Assembly: GCA_046329115.1 (NCBI GenBank)
Contig: JAXLVG010000001.1
Coordinates: forward strand, 61,287 to 125,286
Reading direction: 5' to 3'
Origin: Flavobacteriales bacterium
Lineage (GTDB): Bacteria > Bacteroidota > Bacteroidia > Flavobacteriales_F > PHOS-HE28
DNA length: 64,000 nucleotides
A program made the position numbers and the translations under genes. A model generated the notes under the pieces. The model saw only the letters and a list, made by a program, of their open reading frames with translations. It was not told the DNA's origin and did no database searches. Below are positions 43,273 through 52,465 of this stretch, in pieces; position 1 is the stretch's first letter; each line of letters opens with the position of its first letter.

Positions 43273-43476
43273 ATGGTCTTGGGCAGGGTCGCGGCGTAAT
43301 GTCACGTCATACAGTGAAGGCCCGGACGAACGTGTCCACCGGCCCCGCCAAACTATCGGCCCACCCCGTTCGATGGATGTCCGGATACCGCTTTCATGGG
43401 ACAATTCGACGAACCGCCACGTGTGAGCATCCAGAAGGTCACCCCTGTCGATGGACCCCAAGGGGGCGGTGCCCGC

Positions 43477-46400
43477 TCAACGCAGTACCGTCACATGCCC
43501 CATGAACTCGTAGGGCCTGCCGGTGTATGCGGAACTGATGAGCAGCCGCCACGCGTACACCCCCGGCATCACCGGCTCTCCGTTGTAGCGGCCATCCCAG
43601 CCTTTGGTACGGTCGGTGGTGGAATGGACCAGCTCGCCCCACCGGTCGTACACCATGAACTCGAAGTCCTTGTTGGAGATGTCGCGACCCTGGACGTAGA
43701 GCACTTCGTTGATCCCGTCCCCGTCCGGTGTGAAACTGTTCGGCACGAACACCAGGAACTGGTCGATCACCTCCACGTATTTCAACGCGGTGTCCGAACA
43801 GCCCAGGTAGTTGGCCACAACGAGCTGTACGGGATAGGTATCCCCCAGGTCGTCCGGGAAGATGAAGAACGGATCGGGCACCGTGTCCGTTCCCAGGCCG
43901 GCGAAGTCCCATTGGTAGCTGGTGGCGTAAGGGCCGGCCTGTTCGATGAACTGGGTGCCGGGCTCGATCACGCTGGGCGGCTGCGGTGTCCAGGTGAACT
44001 CCGCGTTCGGCACAGCAGCCACCGTGATCCAGTCCACAATGGTGGTATCATCCGAACAGCCGTTCGGCCAGTGCACCGTGACGCCCACGTCGTAAACGGC
44101 CGGATCCATGTACGTGTGTCCCACGGGGCCGGGTGGACCCGGTACGACCAGTCCATCCCCGAAATCCCAATCCACCGTGGCACCGCCCGTGGTGTCGCGC
44201 ACCGTGAAGCGCACCGTGAACGGGTCGCAGCCGATGAGGCTGTCCGCCGTCAGCACCAGCTCGGGTATCGGGATCACGTCCACCTGTATGCAGCGCGTTA
44301 CATCCGTCGTTTCGCAGCCGTCGCCCAGGGTAACGCACCAAGGTCCAGAGGTGGTGGTGTTCACCGTGTAAGCGGCGCTCGTGGATGGCCCATCGCCCCA
44401 GTCGAAGGTGTATTGACCATCGCCACCCGCAAAGCTCTCCGGCGTCAGGACCAGGTCCGCCTCGGGGCAGGTCTCCAGGGTGTCGGGCACGCTCAGGCTC
44501 AGCGGCGGGTTCACCTGCACATCAATGGACACGGTGTCGCTTGAGCAGTTGTTCGGGTCCGTCACCCACACTTGGTACGTGGTGTTGGTGAGGGGCGTGA
44601 ACATGGCCGGTACGCCGACCGCTCCAGTGCTCCAGTTGAAGGTGAGGAGACCACCGCCCCCTTGCGCCGTACCGGTCAAGGTCGCGGCACCGGTACGGCA
44701 GATCAACGTGTCATCGCTCAACGTGATGATCTCCACCGGCGGCGGCTCGTTGATGGACACGTCCAGTGAGTCCTCGCATCCGTTGCCGTTCACGCCTTCG
44801 CTGATGAACACTTCGAAGTTGCCTCCGCTGCCGTAATAGACATCCCCGATGGCGCTCTGTGTGCTCTGCACCACATTGCCCTGTTCATCCACCCAGGTGT
44901 AGTCCCACGGCCCTCCATTGCCATCGGTGGTCACGGTGATGCTGCCGCTGCCGTCGTTGTTGCACAACGCATCCACCACGGTGGCTGTGTTGTTCATCCA
45001 GGTCAGTGCGTTCACCAGCACACTGTCCGAATTTCCGCACAAGGGATGGCCTGCGGGAAAGGCGGTGAGCACATACCAGGTCTGCTGCGTGGGTGTGGCC
45101 AGCGGATAGGGGATGTTCGCGTTGGAGAGTTCGCTGTTCGGGGTCCACTGGTACACGATCGGCCCCTGTGGGATCGGCGGCGTCAATTGCCCGTTCAGTT
45201 GGATCGGATCGCCACAGTTCACCGGCAGGGTGGCGGTCACTTCCACCACGGCCCCCGGGGTCACGGTCAAGGTCAACAACGTATCGTAGGTGCAGCCGAA
45301 GTCGTCGGTCACCGTGTACACATAGTCGTAGAAGCCAGAGGCCGGAGGCGTCACGGTGATCTCATCGCAGCCCGCGTCGGTGCCGGTGATGTTCGGTCCG
45401 GTCCAGAACGTGCTGTCGCAGCCCGCTCCGTAAACCGGGGTGAACTCAACCACATCGGGATAGAGTGATGGGTCGATCGTGAGGCCCCAGTCGAAGATGA
45501 AGCCATCGTCGGCGAAGAGGTTGTCGGTCACCGTGATGCTCCAGTTGCCGTTCAACGGACAGCCGATGAAGTTCGCGAAGGACTGTTCCGCCTGGTAGGA
45601 TCCCGGTGTCATGCAATTGTTGCCGGGTGTCACCGTGCTCGGTATCCAATTGCCTGCGGCGTTCTCCACAGAGAAAGGCCCAAAGGTGCCCAGATCGCCG
45701 AAGCAGTATTGGAAGCCGACACCGGGTGTGCCCACGCCCGGATCGATCGGGTCACCGAGGAAGGTGTTGCCCGGGCCCGTTCCGAGGCCGAATTCGTTGA
45801 AGAGCACCACGCTCTGGCCCGTGGGACAGGTCAATGTCACCGTCAGGTCGCCGATGTACGAATGCTCCATTGTGAAGCAGATCTGCTGCAGGTCCGTGGC
45901 GCTGCTGATCACGGTGCTGCCCGGAAAGCCCGTCACCGTGACCGCGGCATTGTAAGTAGCCCCCCCGCCGTCCGGCAGGATCACCAGGCCATCCACGATC
46001 GGCTCGGGCACGTTCGTCCATGTGGTGCCTTCCACATCGCCCAGGATCGTCGCGCTCTCTCCCACACAAATGCTCGATGGCGACATCGTCGTTCCCGACA
46101 GGTCCGGCACGGTGCCCACGCGCACCTTCACATCCACGTAGTTCACACTGACACAACCGATGTCATCGGTCACCGTCAACGTTGCGGTGTACTCTCCGGG
46201 TGCGGTGTAGGTGGCGCTGGCGGTCGGTCCTGTTGCCGTTGAACCATTGCCCAGGTCCCATGCATAGTTGTTCAGCGTCTGACCCGGAGCCGGGGAGGAA
46301 CCGGAACCGTCGAAGTCGACGCTCTCTCCGATGCAGATGCGCAAGGGCGACTCCGCCAGTGGCGCAATGGCGGCGGTGGGTTCGTCACAGGGTTGGTCGC

Positions 46401-46848
46401 ACAGGATCAGTGCCTGCCAGCCCGGTGCCTGCCCTGCGCCATCGGTGATGAACTGGAAGGTGAGGCATCCGGTTGAGGCGAACACCGCCAGGCCGGCCAG
46501 ACTGTTGGCCTGTGATCCGGTCTGCACGATGGGCGAACCCGTGTCCGGCCCGTCGTAGATGATCAGCTGGTCGCCCGGCCCCAGGTCGAAGGTGATGATG
46601 GCCACTTGCGTATTGGCCCCGGGGATCCCGGGACAGAAGGTGATGATGTGGGTTTCGTTGGGGCCGTAATCCTCGTCGTAGCCGCTATCGAAGAACTCCG
46701 CATTGCAGAGCTGCTCCGTGCCGCCGTTGCTCACCAGCACGGTGGGGGGCTGGGCGTGGGCCATGAACGGCGAGAGCAGCACGAACGGGAAGAGCGCCCC
46801 GCTCCGCAGGGTGCTCAGCAACGCGTTGAGCTCGGTCCGCATGTCCAT
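43477..46848 (-). CDS. T9SS type-B-CTD adhesin paralog 2 (about 1123 aa)
   Basis: Start MDMRTELNALLSTLRSGALFPFVLLSPFMAHAQ (signal). CUB-like N-domain, PKD (YAWDLGNGST), P-domain (CFTMEHSYIGDLTVTLTCPTGQSVVLF), SprB repeat (CNNDGSGSITVTTDGNGGPWDYTW), second PKD, and CTD FVPNSFTPDGDGINEV...MVYDRWGELVH...GHVTVLR. Confidence 0.8.
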   Translation of the reverse strand: MDMRTELNALLSTLRSGALFPFVLLSPFMAHAQPPTVLVSNGGTEQLCNAEFFDSGYDEDYGPNETHIITFCPGIPGANTQVAIITFDLGPGDQLIIYDGPDTGSPIVQTGSQANSLAGLAVFASTGCLTFQFITDGAGQAPGWQALILCDQPCDEPTAAIAPLAESPLRICIGESVDFDGSGSSPAPGQTLNNYAWDLGNGSTATGPTASATYTAPGEYTATLTVTDDIGCVSVNYVDVKVRVGTVPDLSGTTMSPSSICVGESATILGDVEGTTWTNVPEPIVDGLVILPDGGGATYNAAVTVTGFPGSTVISSATDLQQICFTMEHSYIGDLTVTLTCPTGQSVVLFNEFGLGTGPGNTFLGDPIDPGVGTPGVGFQYCFGDLGTFGPFSVENAAGNWIPSTVTPGNNCMTPGSYQAEQSFANFIGCPLNGNWSITVTDNLFADDGFIFDWGLTIDPSLYPDVVEFTPVYGAGCDSTFWTGPNITGTDAGCDEITVTPPASGFYDYVYTVTDDFGCTYDTLLTLTVTPGAVVEVTATLPVNCGDPIQLNGQLTPPIPQGPIVYQWTPNSELSNANIPYPLATPTQQTWYVLTAFPAGHPLCGNSDSVLVNALTWMNNTATVVDALCNNDGSGSITVTTDGNGGPWDYTWVDEQGNVVQSTQSAIGDVYYGSGGNFEVFISEGVNGNGCEDSLDVSINEPPPVEIITLSDDTLICRTGAATLTGTAQGGGGLLTFNWSTGAVGVPAMFTPLTNTTYQVWVTDPNNCSSDTVSIDVQVNPPLSLSVPDTLETCPEADLVLTPESFAGGDGQYTFDWGDGPSTSAAYTVNTTTSGPWCVTLGDGCETTDVTRCIQVDVIPIPELVLTADSLIGCDPFTVRFTVRDTTGGATVDWDFGDGLVVPGPPGPVGHTYMDPAVYDVGVTVHWPNGCSDDTTIVDWITVAAVPNAEFTWTPQPPSVIEPGTQFIEQAGPYATSYQWDFAGLGTDTVPDPFFIFPDDLGDTYPVQLVVANYLGCSDTALKYVEVIDQFLVFVPNSFTPDGDGINEVLYVQGRDISNKDFEFMVYDRWGELVHSTTDRTKGWDGRYNGEPVMPGVYAWRLLISSAYTGRPYEFMGHVTVLR

Positions 46849-46940
46849 TCCGCTTGCGAACTTCTGGGATCCCGCTCGCATCCTACCGACCTGATCGCCC
46901 GGCTTGCTGGGGATCCCGGGCCGTGCTGGTCCTTCCGTCA

Positions 46941-49900
46941 TCACTTCAGCAAGGACACGTGGCCCATCAACTCACGCGAGCCGCCCGTGCTGATGATCTG
47001 GTAGGTGATCCGGAAGGCGTACAGGTCCTCTTTCAGGATCTCGCCGCCACCGTTCATGTGCGTACCGTTCCAGCGCACGTTGGGATCCTTCGTTTCGAAC
47101 ACCACCTGGCCCCACCGGTCGAACACCAGCAACTGGAAGTTCGCCATGTCCGGAATGTTGCTGGTCATCCACCATTGGTCGTTGATGCCATCCCCGTCCG
47201 GCGTGAAGGCATTGGGGACGTAAGTGGCCAGCACATCGTCGATCACCACATCGTGGCACACCGTGTCCGCACAACCGTGCATGTCGATCGCGATCAGGCA
47301 GACGGGGTAGACGCCGGGGTATTTGTCCGAGAAGGTGAACTGCAGCTGGGGCTCGCTCGTGGTCATCAGACCGGCGATGTCCCAGATGTAGGCGGTCGCG
47401 TTCTCGCTCAGGTTGTAGAACGTCACGGTGGGGGCATCGATGTTCGCCGGCACCGGTACGTGGTCGAACTCCGCCACCACGGCCGGTGGCTCGGTCACGG
47501 TGTACGTGATGCTGGCCTGGCAACCCAATGCGCTCTCGATCACGAGGTCGTAGGTGCCGGCACAGGCGCCGGCCTTTGTGGCTTCCGGCACGAAGCTCGT
47601 TCCTCCATCGAAGCTGTAGAGCACCGCGTCGGCATCGGTGATCGTGATGCTGCCATCGCAATCGCCGTGGCACCAGGGTTCCACATGGCTCACCGCATCG
47701 ATCTGCAAGGGATTCGGTTGCAGGATCGAGAACTCCGTGTTGTCGCTGCATCCGTTCTCATCCGTCACGGTCAGCGCGTATGCTCCGAAGCATAGCCCGT
47801 CCGCGAAGGCATCGGTGGGACCGGCCACACCGTTGCTCCAGGCGTAGCTGAAGGCGCCGTTACCACCCGTCATGGCCACGGTCGCTGTTCCGTCGCAGGA
47901 ATCATGGCAGATCGCGTCGGTCAGGGTGAGCTGAATGTCCAGCGGTTGGGTGAACGTGATCGTCACACTGTCGATCAGGTAGCAGAGCACGCCGTCGTCC
48001 TCGATCCAATAGAACATCGCCGGGCCACTGCCGGGGGCGCTCACCTGCGTGGTGGGGCTGTTCGCATTGCCGAACACATAGCCGGCCGGCCCGCTCCAGC
48101 TTCCCGTGCCGGTGTTCCCGACACTGGCGTTCAAGGTGTAGGACAATGTGCATACGGTCTCATCAGGCCCCGCATCCACCACCCCGCAACAGCTCGGGTC
48201 GTCCGCGCTCAGGATCTGGATCTCCAGATCGGCGCTGCCTACACAACCAAGCGCGGTGGTCACGGTGTAGGTGTATACACCGGCCGCATCCACGGTGGGG
48301 TCGAAGGTGCCCGGGATCACGGCGCCGCCACTGTTGGTCCATACACCGCCGCTGGCCGGTGTGCCGCCCAGCATGTCGATCAGGTTGAACGTGGGCGGTG
48401 TGGCGCACACCACCACCAGGGTATCCTGTCCGGGATCCAGTCCGGGATCGATCGAGACGGTCACCTCATCGCTGGACACACAGTTGGGCTCGCCGGTCAC
48501 ATAGGCGGTCACCGTGTAGGTGGTGGTGCTCGTGGGCAGGGCCGTCGGGTTGGCGATGTTGGGGTTGCTCAGTCCGTCCGTAGGGCTCCAGCTCCAGGTG
48601 AGCGGGTCGCCCTGGCTGTTGGTGATGAAGGCGCTCATCTGCACGGGCGTGTTGCACACCACCTGGTCCACGCCAGCGTTCACCTGGAACGGTTCGTTCA
48701 CCGTTACCGTGATGGTGGTATCATAGGTGCATCCGAAGTTGTCCGTTACGGTGTAGACGAAGGGATAGGTGCCCGGTGCGTTCGCCGTGAAAACGGCCGT
48801 GTCGCCGTTCGCGCTCACATAGTCCGGCAGGGTGCCACCGCTCCAAAGGGAGGAGTCCGCACCCGCACCGATGGTGGGGGTGAACGTGGTCACATCCGGG
48901 ATGATCGCCGGGTTCCAGTTGATGGTCCAGTTGCAGATGAAGCCGTTGTCCGCGGCCCACAGGTCCGTGCTCTGGAAGATCCACTCGCCGTTCAAGGGAC
49001 AGCCGAGCAGGTTGTTGAAGGACTGCACCGCCTCATAGGTGCCGGGGGCGAGCGCTGTTCCCTGCGATGAAGGAACAGTGTTGGTAGAGGAGTTCTCCTG
49101 GAATGTTCCGTTGGTCGCAGTCGGGCTCCAGCAGTATGTCCAGCACGTGCCCGGTTCCGGATCGAAGGCGTCCATGTCGTTCGCATCGCCGATGAAGGTG
49201 CCGCCTCCACCTTGTTGATGGAGGATCGTGGTCTGCCCGTTCGGGCAGATCACCTGGAGCACCAGGTCGCCCATGAAGCTGTGCTCCATTTCCACGCACA
49301 CGCTCAATAGGTCGTTCACGTTCGTCAATGTCTGGCCTGGATCGAACTGTTCATAGGTGAGCCCCGATTGATAGGGTGCACCCACATCGTCCGGTAGCAG
49401 CGTCGGCTGCCCGATGCCCGCATCCGGCAGTCCGGTCCACGTAACAGGCTGCGCGTTGCCGGTGATCTCTACGGTGGCGCCGAAGCAGGTCTCGGTGCTT
49501 TCCGAGGTCAGACTGAAGTTTGGCGTTGTGCTCACCAGCACTTGCAGGTCCACCAGGTTCAGGTTCTTGCAACCATTATCATCCGTTACGGTCAACTGCA
49601 CAACGTATTCCCCGTCATCGTCGAAACTGTGTGTGGTGACCGGTCCGCTCAGGCTGTCGATGTTGCCGTCGTCGAAATTCCACGCCCATTGCTGCAGGTT
49701 GAAACCCTGAACAGCATAGGAGGCGGAACCATCGAAGGAGATGACCTCGCCCACGCAGGCCAGCAGCGGCACCGGCTCGTTCATGCTCGCCACGGCCGTC
49801 GGGTTGGAGCAGGGGGTGGTGCACTGGAAGCCGGCGGAGAACTGGCCCGTTCCCGTACCGTTCGACCACCATTCCAGCGTGAGGCATCCGGTGGTATTGA

Positions 49901-50282
49901 ACACCGTGCCGCTCACGATGATGTTCTGCAGGTCCTGCCCGGTGTACACACCCAGGGAGGTCGCGTTGGTGTTATCGCCGTCGTAAATGGCGATGTAATC
50001 GTCCGGGTTGCCGGCGGTGCTCAGGTCGAACACGAACCATGTGAGGTACACCACGTTCCCCGGAATGTCCGGACAGATGGTGAGCACATAGCTCTCGTTG
50101 TCCCCGTATTCGCCGCTCGGGCCACCTGTGTCCTCGATCACGCCCGAACAGGCGGTGACCGAACCCGCCGTGATGCTGTACTGCTGCCCTTGGGCAAGTG
50201 CGGAGGACACACTGCCGAGCATCGTGAGCGCGGCGAGCAGGGGCCTCAGGAACGACTTTGTGGGCCGGGTAAAGAACGCCAT
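46941..50282 (-). CDS. T9SS type-B-CTD adhesin paralog 3 (1113 aa)
   Basis: Signal MAFFTRPTKSFLRPLLAALTMLGSVSSALAQ. Same module order: CUB-like, PKD (WAWNFDDGN), P-domain (CVEMEHSFMGDLVLQVICPNGQTTILH), Ig-like domains, SprB repeats (CHDSCDGTATVAMTGGNGAFSYAW; CHGDCDGSITI), and CTD YVPNAFTPDGDGINDQW...LLVFDRWGQVVFE...GHVSLLK. Confidence 0.8.
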   Translation of the reverse strand: MAFFTRPTKSFLRPLLAALTMLGSVSSALAQGQQYSITAGSVTACSGVIEDTGGPSGEYGDNESYVLTICPDIPGNVVYLTWFVFDLSTAGNPDDYIAIYDGDNTNATSLGVYTGQDLQNIIVSGTVFNTTGCLTLEWWSNGTGTGQFSAGFQCTTPCSNPTAVASMNEPVPLLACVGEVISFDGSASYAVQGFNLQQWAWNFDDGNIDSLSGPVTTHSFDDDGEYVVQLTVTDDNGCKNLNLVDLQVLVSTTPNFSLTSESTETCFGATVEITGNAQPVTWTGLPDAGIGQPTLLPDDVGAPYQSGLTYEQFDPGQTLTNVNDLLSVCVEMEHSFMGDLVLQVICPNGQTTILHQQGGGGTFIGDANDMDAFDPEPGTCWTYCWSPTATNGTFQENSSTNTVPSSQGTALAPGTYEAVQSFNNLLGCPLNGEWIFQSTDLWAADNGFICNWTINWNPAIIPDVTTFTPTIGAGADSSLWSGGTLPDYVSANGDTAVFTANAPGTYPFVYTVTDNFGCTYDTTITVTVNEPFQVNAGVDQVVCNTPVQMSAFITNSQGDPLTWSWSPTDGLSNPNIANPTALPTSTTTYTVTAYVTGEPNCVSSDEVTVSIDPGLDPGQDTLVVVCATPPTFNLIDMLGGTPASGGVWTNSGGAVIPGTFDPTVDAAGVYTYTVTTALGCVGSADLEIQILSADDPSCCGVVDAGPDETVCTLSYTLNASVGNTGTGSWSGPAGYVFGNANSPTTQVSAPGSGPAMFYWIEDDGVLCYLIDSVTITFTQPLDIQLTLTDAICHDSCDGTATVAMTGGNGAFSYAWSNGVAGPTDAFADGLCFGAYALTVTDENGCSDNTEFSILQPNPLQIDAVSHVEPWCHGDCDGSITITDADAVLYSFDGGTSFVPEATKAGACAGTYDLVIESALGCQASITYTVTEPPAVVAEFDHVPVPANIDAPTVTFYNLSENATAYIWDIAGLMTTSEPQLQFTFSDKYPGVYPVCLIAIDMHGCADTVCHDVVIDDVLATYVPNAFTPDGDGINDQWWMTSNIPDMANFQLLVFDRWGQVVFETKDPNVRWNGTHMNGGGEILKEDLYAFRITYQIISTGGSRELMGHVSLLK

Positions 50283-50353
50283 GGATCGGCTGGGAGCTTA
50301 GCGTTAGCGAAGGTAGTCCATTGGGCCGTGGCTGTGCCATCGACCGAAGACTT

Positions 50354-50378
50354 GACGGATGGCCCGGTCAAATGGTTC
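50354..50378 (-). promoter_or_regulatory. candidate ECF-sigma-type promoter (GAAC-N17-CGTC) upstream of the adhesin cluster
   Basis: On the minus strand the sequence reads cGAACcatttgaccgggccatcCGTCaagtc, about 70 nt upstream of the adhesin-3 start (50282). It matches the generic ECF -35 GGAAC / -10 CGTC architecture with a 17-nt spacer. Confidence 0.3.
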
Positions 50379-50394
50379 GCTGGGGCAGCTACCT

Positions 50395-50429
50395 GTGCAA
50401 AAGAAGAGGGAGGTGCGTCGGCACCTCCC
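50395..50429 (-). terminator. rho-independent terminator after the anti-sigma-like gene
   Basis: Perfect 9-bp stem GGGAGGTGC-cgac-GCACCTCCC followed by UCUUCUUUUG on the minus strand. A second small hairpin (GGTCCG-ttcac-CGGACC) overlaps the stop codon. Confidence 0.55.
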
Positions 50430-50449
50430 TCCCCTTGAGACCGGTCCGT

Positions 50450-51796
50450 TCACCGGACCAGTTTCACCTTGCCCGTATAGGTCTCGGCCAGGTGCAGGCT
50501 CTCGCGGACGTCCACAACCCAGACGTATTCACCGGAGGCACAGTACTCCCCGCGGTTCTGCGGCTTTCCGGCCCAAGGCAGCGTGGCATCCTTGGTCTCG
50601 TACATCAGGTTTCCGTTCAGGTCGTAGACGGAGAGGGTGAACTTGACCCCAAGCTTCTGGAGCGCCGCCGGCATGAAGGTGTCCTCCTTGCCGTCGCCGT
50701 TCGGGCTGAAGCTGAACGGTGCATCAAGGTTGTAATCCTTGGCGATCCGGACCTCCTTCATCACCTTGTCCTCGCAACCGATCGGGTTGGTCACGGTGAG
50801 CTCCACCTGATAGGTGCCTTGGTTCTTGTAGATGTGGTCGGGGTGGGGGATGTCGCTGGATTGACCATCGCCGAAGTCCCAGTGGTACTTCACCCCGCCC
50901 AGGCTGCGGTTCTCGAAGTGGATGGAGGGCAGGTGCCCATCGTACTCCTGACGTACCAGATTGAACGCAGCCTTCGGCGCCTCGTGGATCACGATCACAT
51001 CGCTGCTCGGCTTGTTCTGGATGAAGCCGCCACCGGCGGAGCTCATGGAGAGCATCACCTGGTAGCGCCCGGGCTTGGTGAAGGTGTGTTCCGGATTGGC
51101 CTTGTTGCTGAAACTGCCGTCCCCGAAGTTCCAAAGGTAGATGCCGTCCTCGGGCATGTGCTCCACCTTGAAGTCGACCGACGTGCCTGCACATGCCTGG
51201 CTCACGCTCGCCCGGAAGGTGCGCTGCTCCTTCTCTCCGCTGGTGACCGGGGGGGCGGCAGTGACCGGAGGCTGGTTGGCCGCTTTGGCGCGGCGCTGCC
51301 CGGCATCCACTGGCTTGGTTGACGAAGAGGCTCCCTTTGCGGTCCCTTCAGCAGACGCGGTCTGCGAGGCGGCAGCGGTGGCCGGGTTGCTTGCGATGTC
51401 GCTGCTTTCGGCGGGTGACGGTTGTTCAGCAGCACCCGTGCTCGCTTTCGGTGCTACAGGCATTTCGTCCTCAGCAGCAATTTGCTTGGCGTCGGTACCT
51501 GCCTGGGGTGTTGCCGCCTGCGGGGTAGTGGTCGCGCCCGTTCCCTCCAGCGCGATGCCGCTCTTGTTCTCCTCGGTGCTTTCCGTGAAGTACCAGAACG
51601 CGCCGCCACCTATCAGCAGGCCACCGGCCAAGAGAGCGGCAAGACTCCAGCGCGAGCGCGCGGAACCACCGGTGCCAGCGTTCAGCGACCTCTCCATCTG
51701 GGCCCAATCCGCACTGTTGTAAGGCACCTCGAACTGGTCGAGGGCCTTCCGCACGTGCTGCTCGAAGGCGTCATGGGCCGGTTCGTGCATATGCAT
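50450..51796 (-). CDS. membrane-anchored anti-sigma-like protein with two PKD domains and a T9SS type-B (gliding-motility) C-terminal domain
   Basis: Cytoplasmic N-terminus of about 55 aa, a single TM segment (WSLAALLAGGLLIGGGAFWYF), and an Ala/Thr/Pro/Ser-rich linker of about 130 aa. Two PKD signatures (WNFGDGSFS, WDFGDGQSS). The C-terminus APFSFSPNGDGKEDTFMP...VYDLNGNLMYETKD...GKVKLVR is homologous to the adhesin CTDs. The gene starts 4 nt after the ECF sigma gene. No canonical zinc-binding anti-sigma motif is present. Confidence 0.6.
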   Translation of the reverse strand: MHMHEPAHDAFEQHVRKALDQFEVPYNSADWAQMERSLNAGTGGSARSRWSLAALLAGGLLIGGGAFWYFTESTEENKSGIALEGTGATTTPQAATPQAGTDAKQIAAEDEMPVAPKASTGAAEQPSPAESSDIASNPATAAASQTASAEGTAKGASSSTKPVDAGQRRAKAANQPPVTAAPPVTSGEKEQRTFRASVSQACAGTSVDFKVEHMPEDGIYLWNFGDGSFSNKANPEHTFTKPGRYQVMLSMSSAGGGFIQNKPSSDVIVIHEAPKAAFNLVRQEYDGHLPSIHFENRSLGGVKYHWDFGDGQSSDIPHPDHIYKNQGTYQVELTVTNPIGCEDKVMKEVRIAKDYNLDAPFSFSPNGDGKEDTFMPAALQKLGVKFTLSVYDLNGNLMYETKDATLPWAGKPQNRGEYCASGEYVWVVDVRESLHLAETYTGKVKLVR

Positions 51797-51800
51797 GGGA

Positions 51801-52382
51801 TCAAGGGAGCTTGTGCTCCTTTTTAAGCAGTTTCTTCAGGTTCTGTTTCGCCTTGGCCAGGTTGCTCTTGCTCGTACCGATGTTGATGCCCAGCAGCTCG
51901 GCGATCTCCTTGTGCGTCATCTCCTCGAAGACGTACAAGTTGAACACCGTGCGATAGGCCGGTGTAAGCTTCTGCATGGCATTGATCACGTCCGCCGGCT
52001 TCAGGTCCGGCATGTCCTCCGGGCCTTCGTCCTCCAGCACATCCTCCTCGTCCTGGTCCCCGAAGTCCTCGATGCTGCGGTCCTCGCCCAGCAGCAGGTA
52101 GGAGTTCTTGGCACGCCGGAAGTAGTCGATGGCCGTGTTCACCATGATCCGCCGGATCCAGCCCTCGAAGCTGCCGTTCCGGTTGAAGGCCGCCATGGAC
52201 CGGAACACCTTGATGAAGCCATCCTGCAGGATGTCCTTGGCTTGATCGTGGTTCTTGGTGTACCGAAGGCATACGGCCATCATTTTGCCATAGAAGAGCT
52301 CGTACACGCGCTGCTGGCTCCGGCGGTCCCCAGCGATGCACCCATCGATGATGCCGGAGAACGCCGATACCTCCGCCTCCAT
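51801..52382 (-). CDS. ECF-family RNA polymerase sigma-70 factor
   Basis: Region 2 (RVYELFYGKMMAVCLRYTKNHDQAKDILQDGFIKVF) and region 4 helix-turn-helix (VFEEMTHKEIAELLGINIGTSKSNLAKAKQNLKK). Start chosen at MEAEV; the ORF extends to 52454. Confidence 0.8.
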   Translation of the reverse strand: MEAEVSAFSGIIDGCIAGDRRSQQRVYELFYGKMMAVCLRYTKNHDQAKDILQDGFIKVFRSMAAFNRNGSFEGWIRRIMVNTAIDYFRRAKNSYLLLGEDRSIEDFGDQDEEDVLEDEGPEDMPDLKPADVINAMQKLTPAYRTVFNLYVFEEMTHKEIAELLGINIGTSKSNLAKAKQNLKKLLKKEHKLP

Positions 52383-52465
52383 GCTCTGCCATGTCCCCTC
52401 AAGACGCGATCCTTCGCGCAGGGTTGCCAGCGTAACGGGGCTGACCGTGGCCATGCGGGGAAGGT

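Noticed and set aside
43273-43461. 63-aa upstream extension of the largest adhesin ORF (start MGSIDRGDLL...)
   Set aside because: The extension is hydrophilic and puts the signal peptide internal to the protein. The in-frame GTG at 43272 gives a canonical n-h-c signal peptide, so the shorter start is preferred. This remains uncertain.
34220-43461. Numerous 60-290 aa ORFs in both strands inside the adhesin genes (for example 35057-35734, 36428-37552, 38090-38665)
   Set aside because: They are frame-shifted reflections of the highly repetitive Gly/Thr/Pro/Ala-rich coding sequence and have no independent support.
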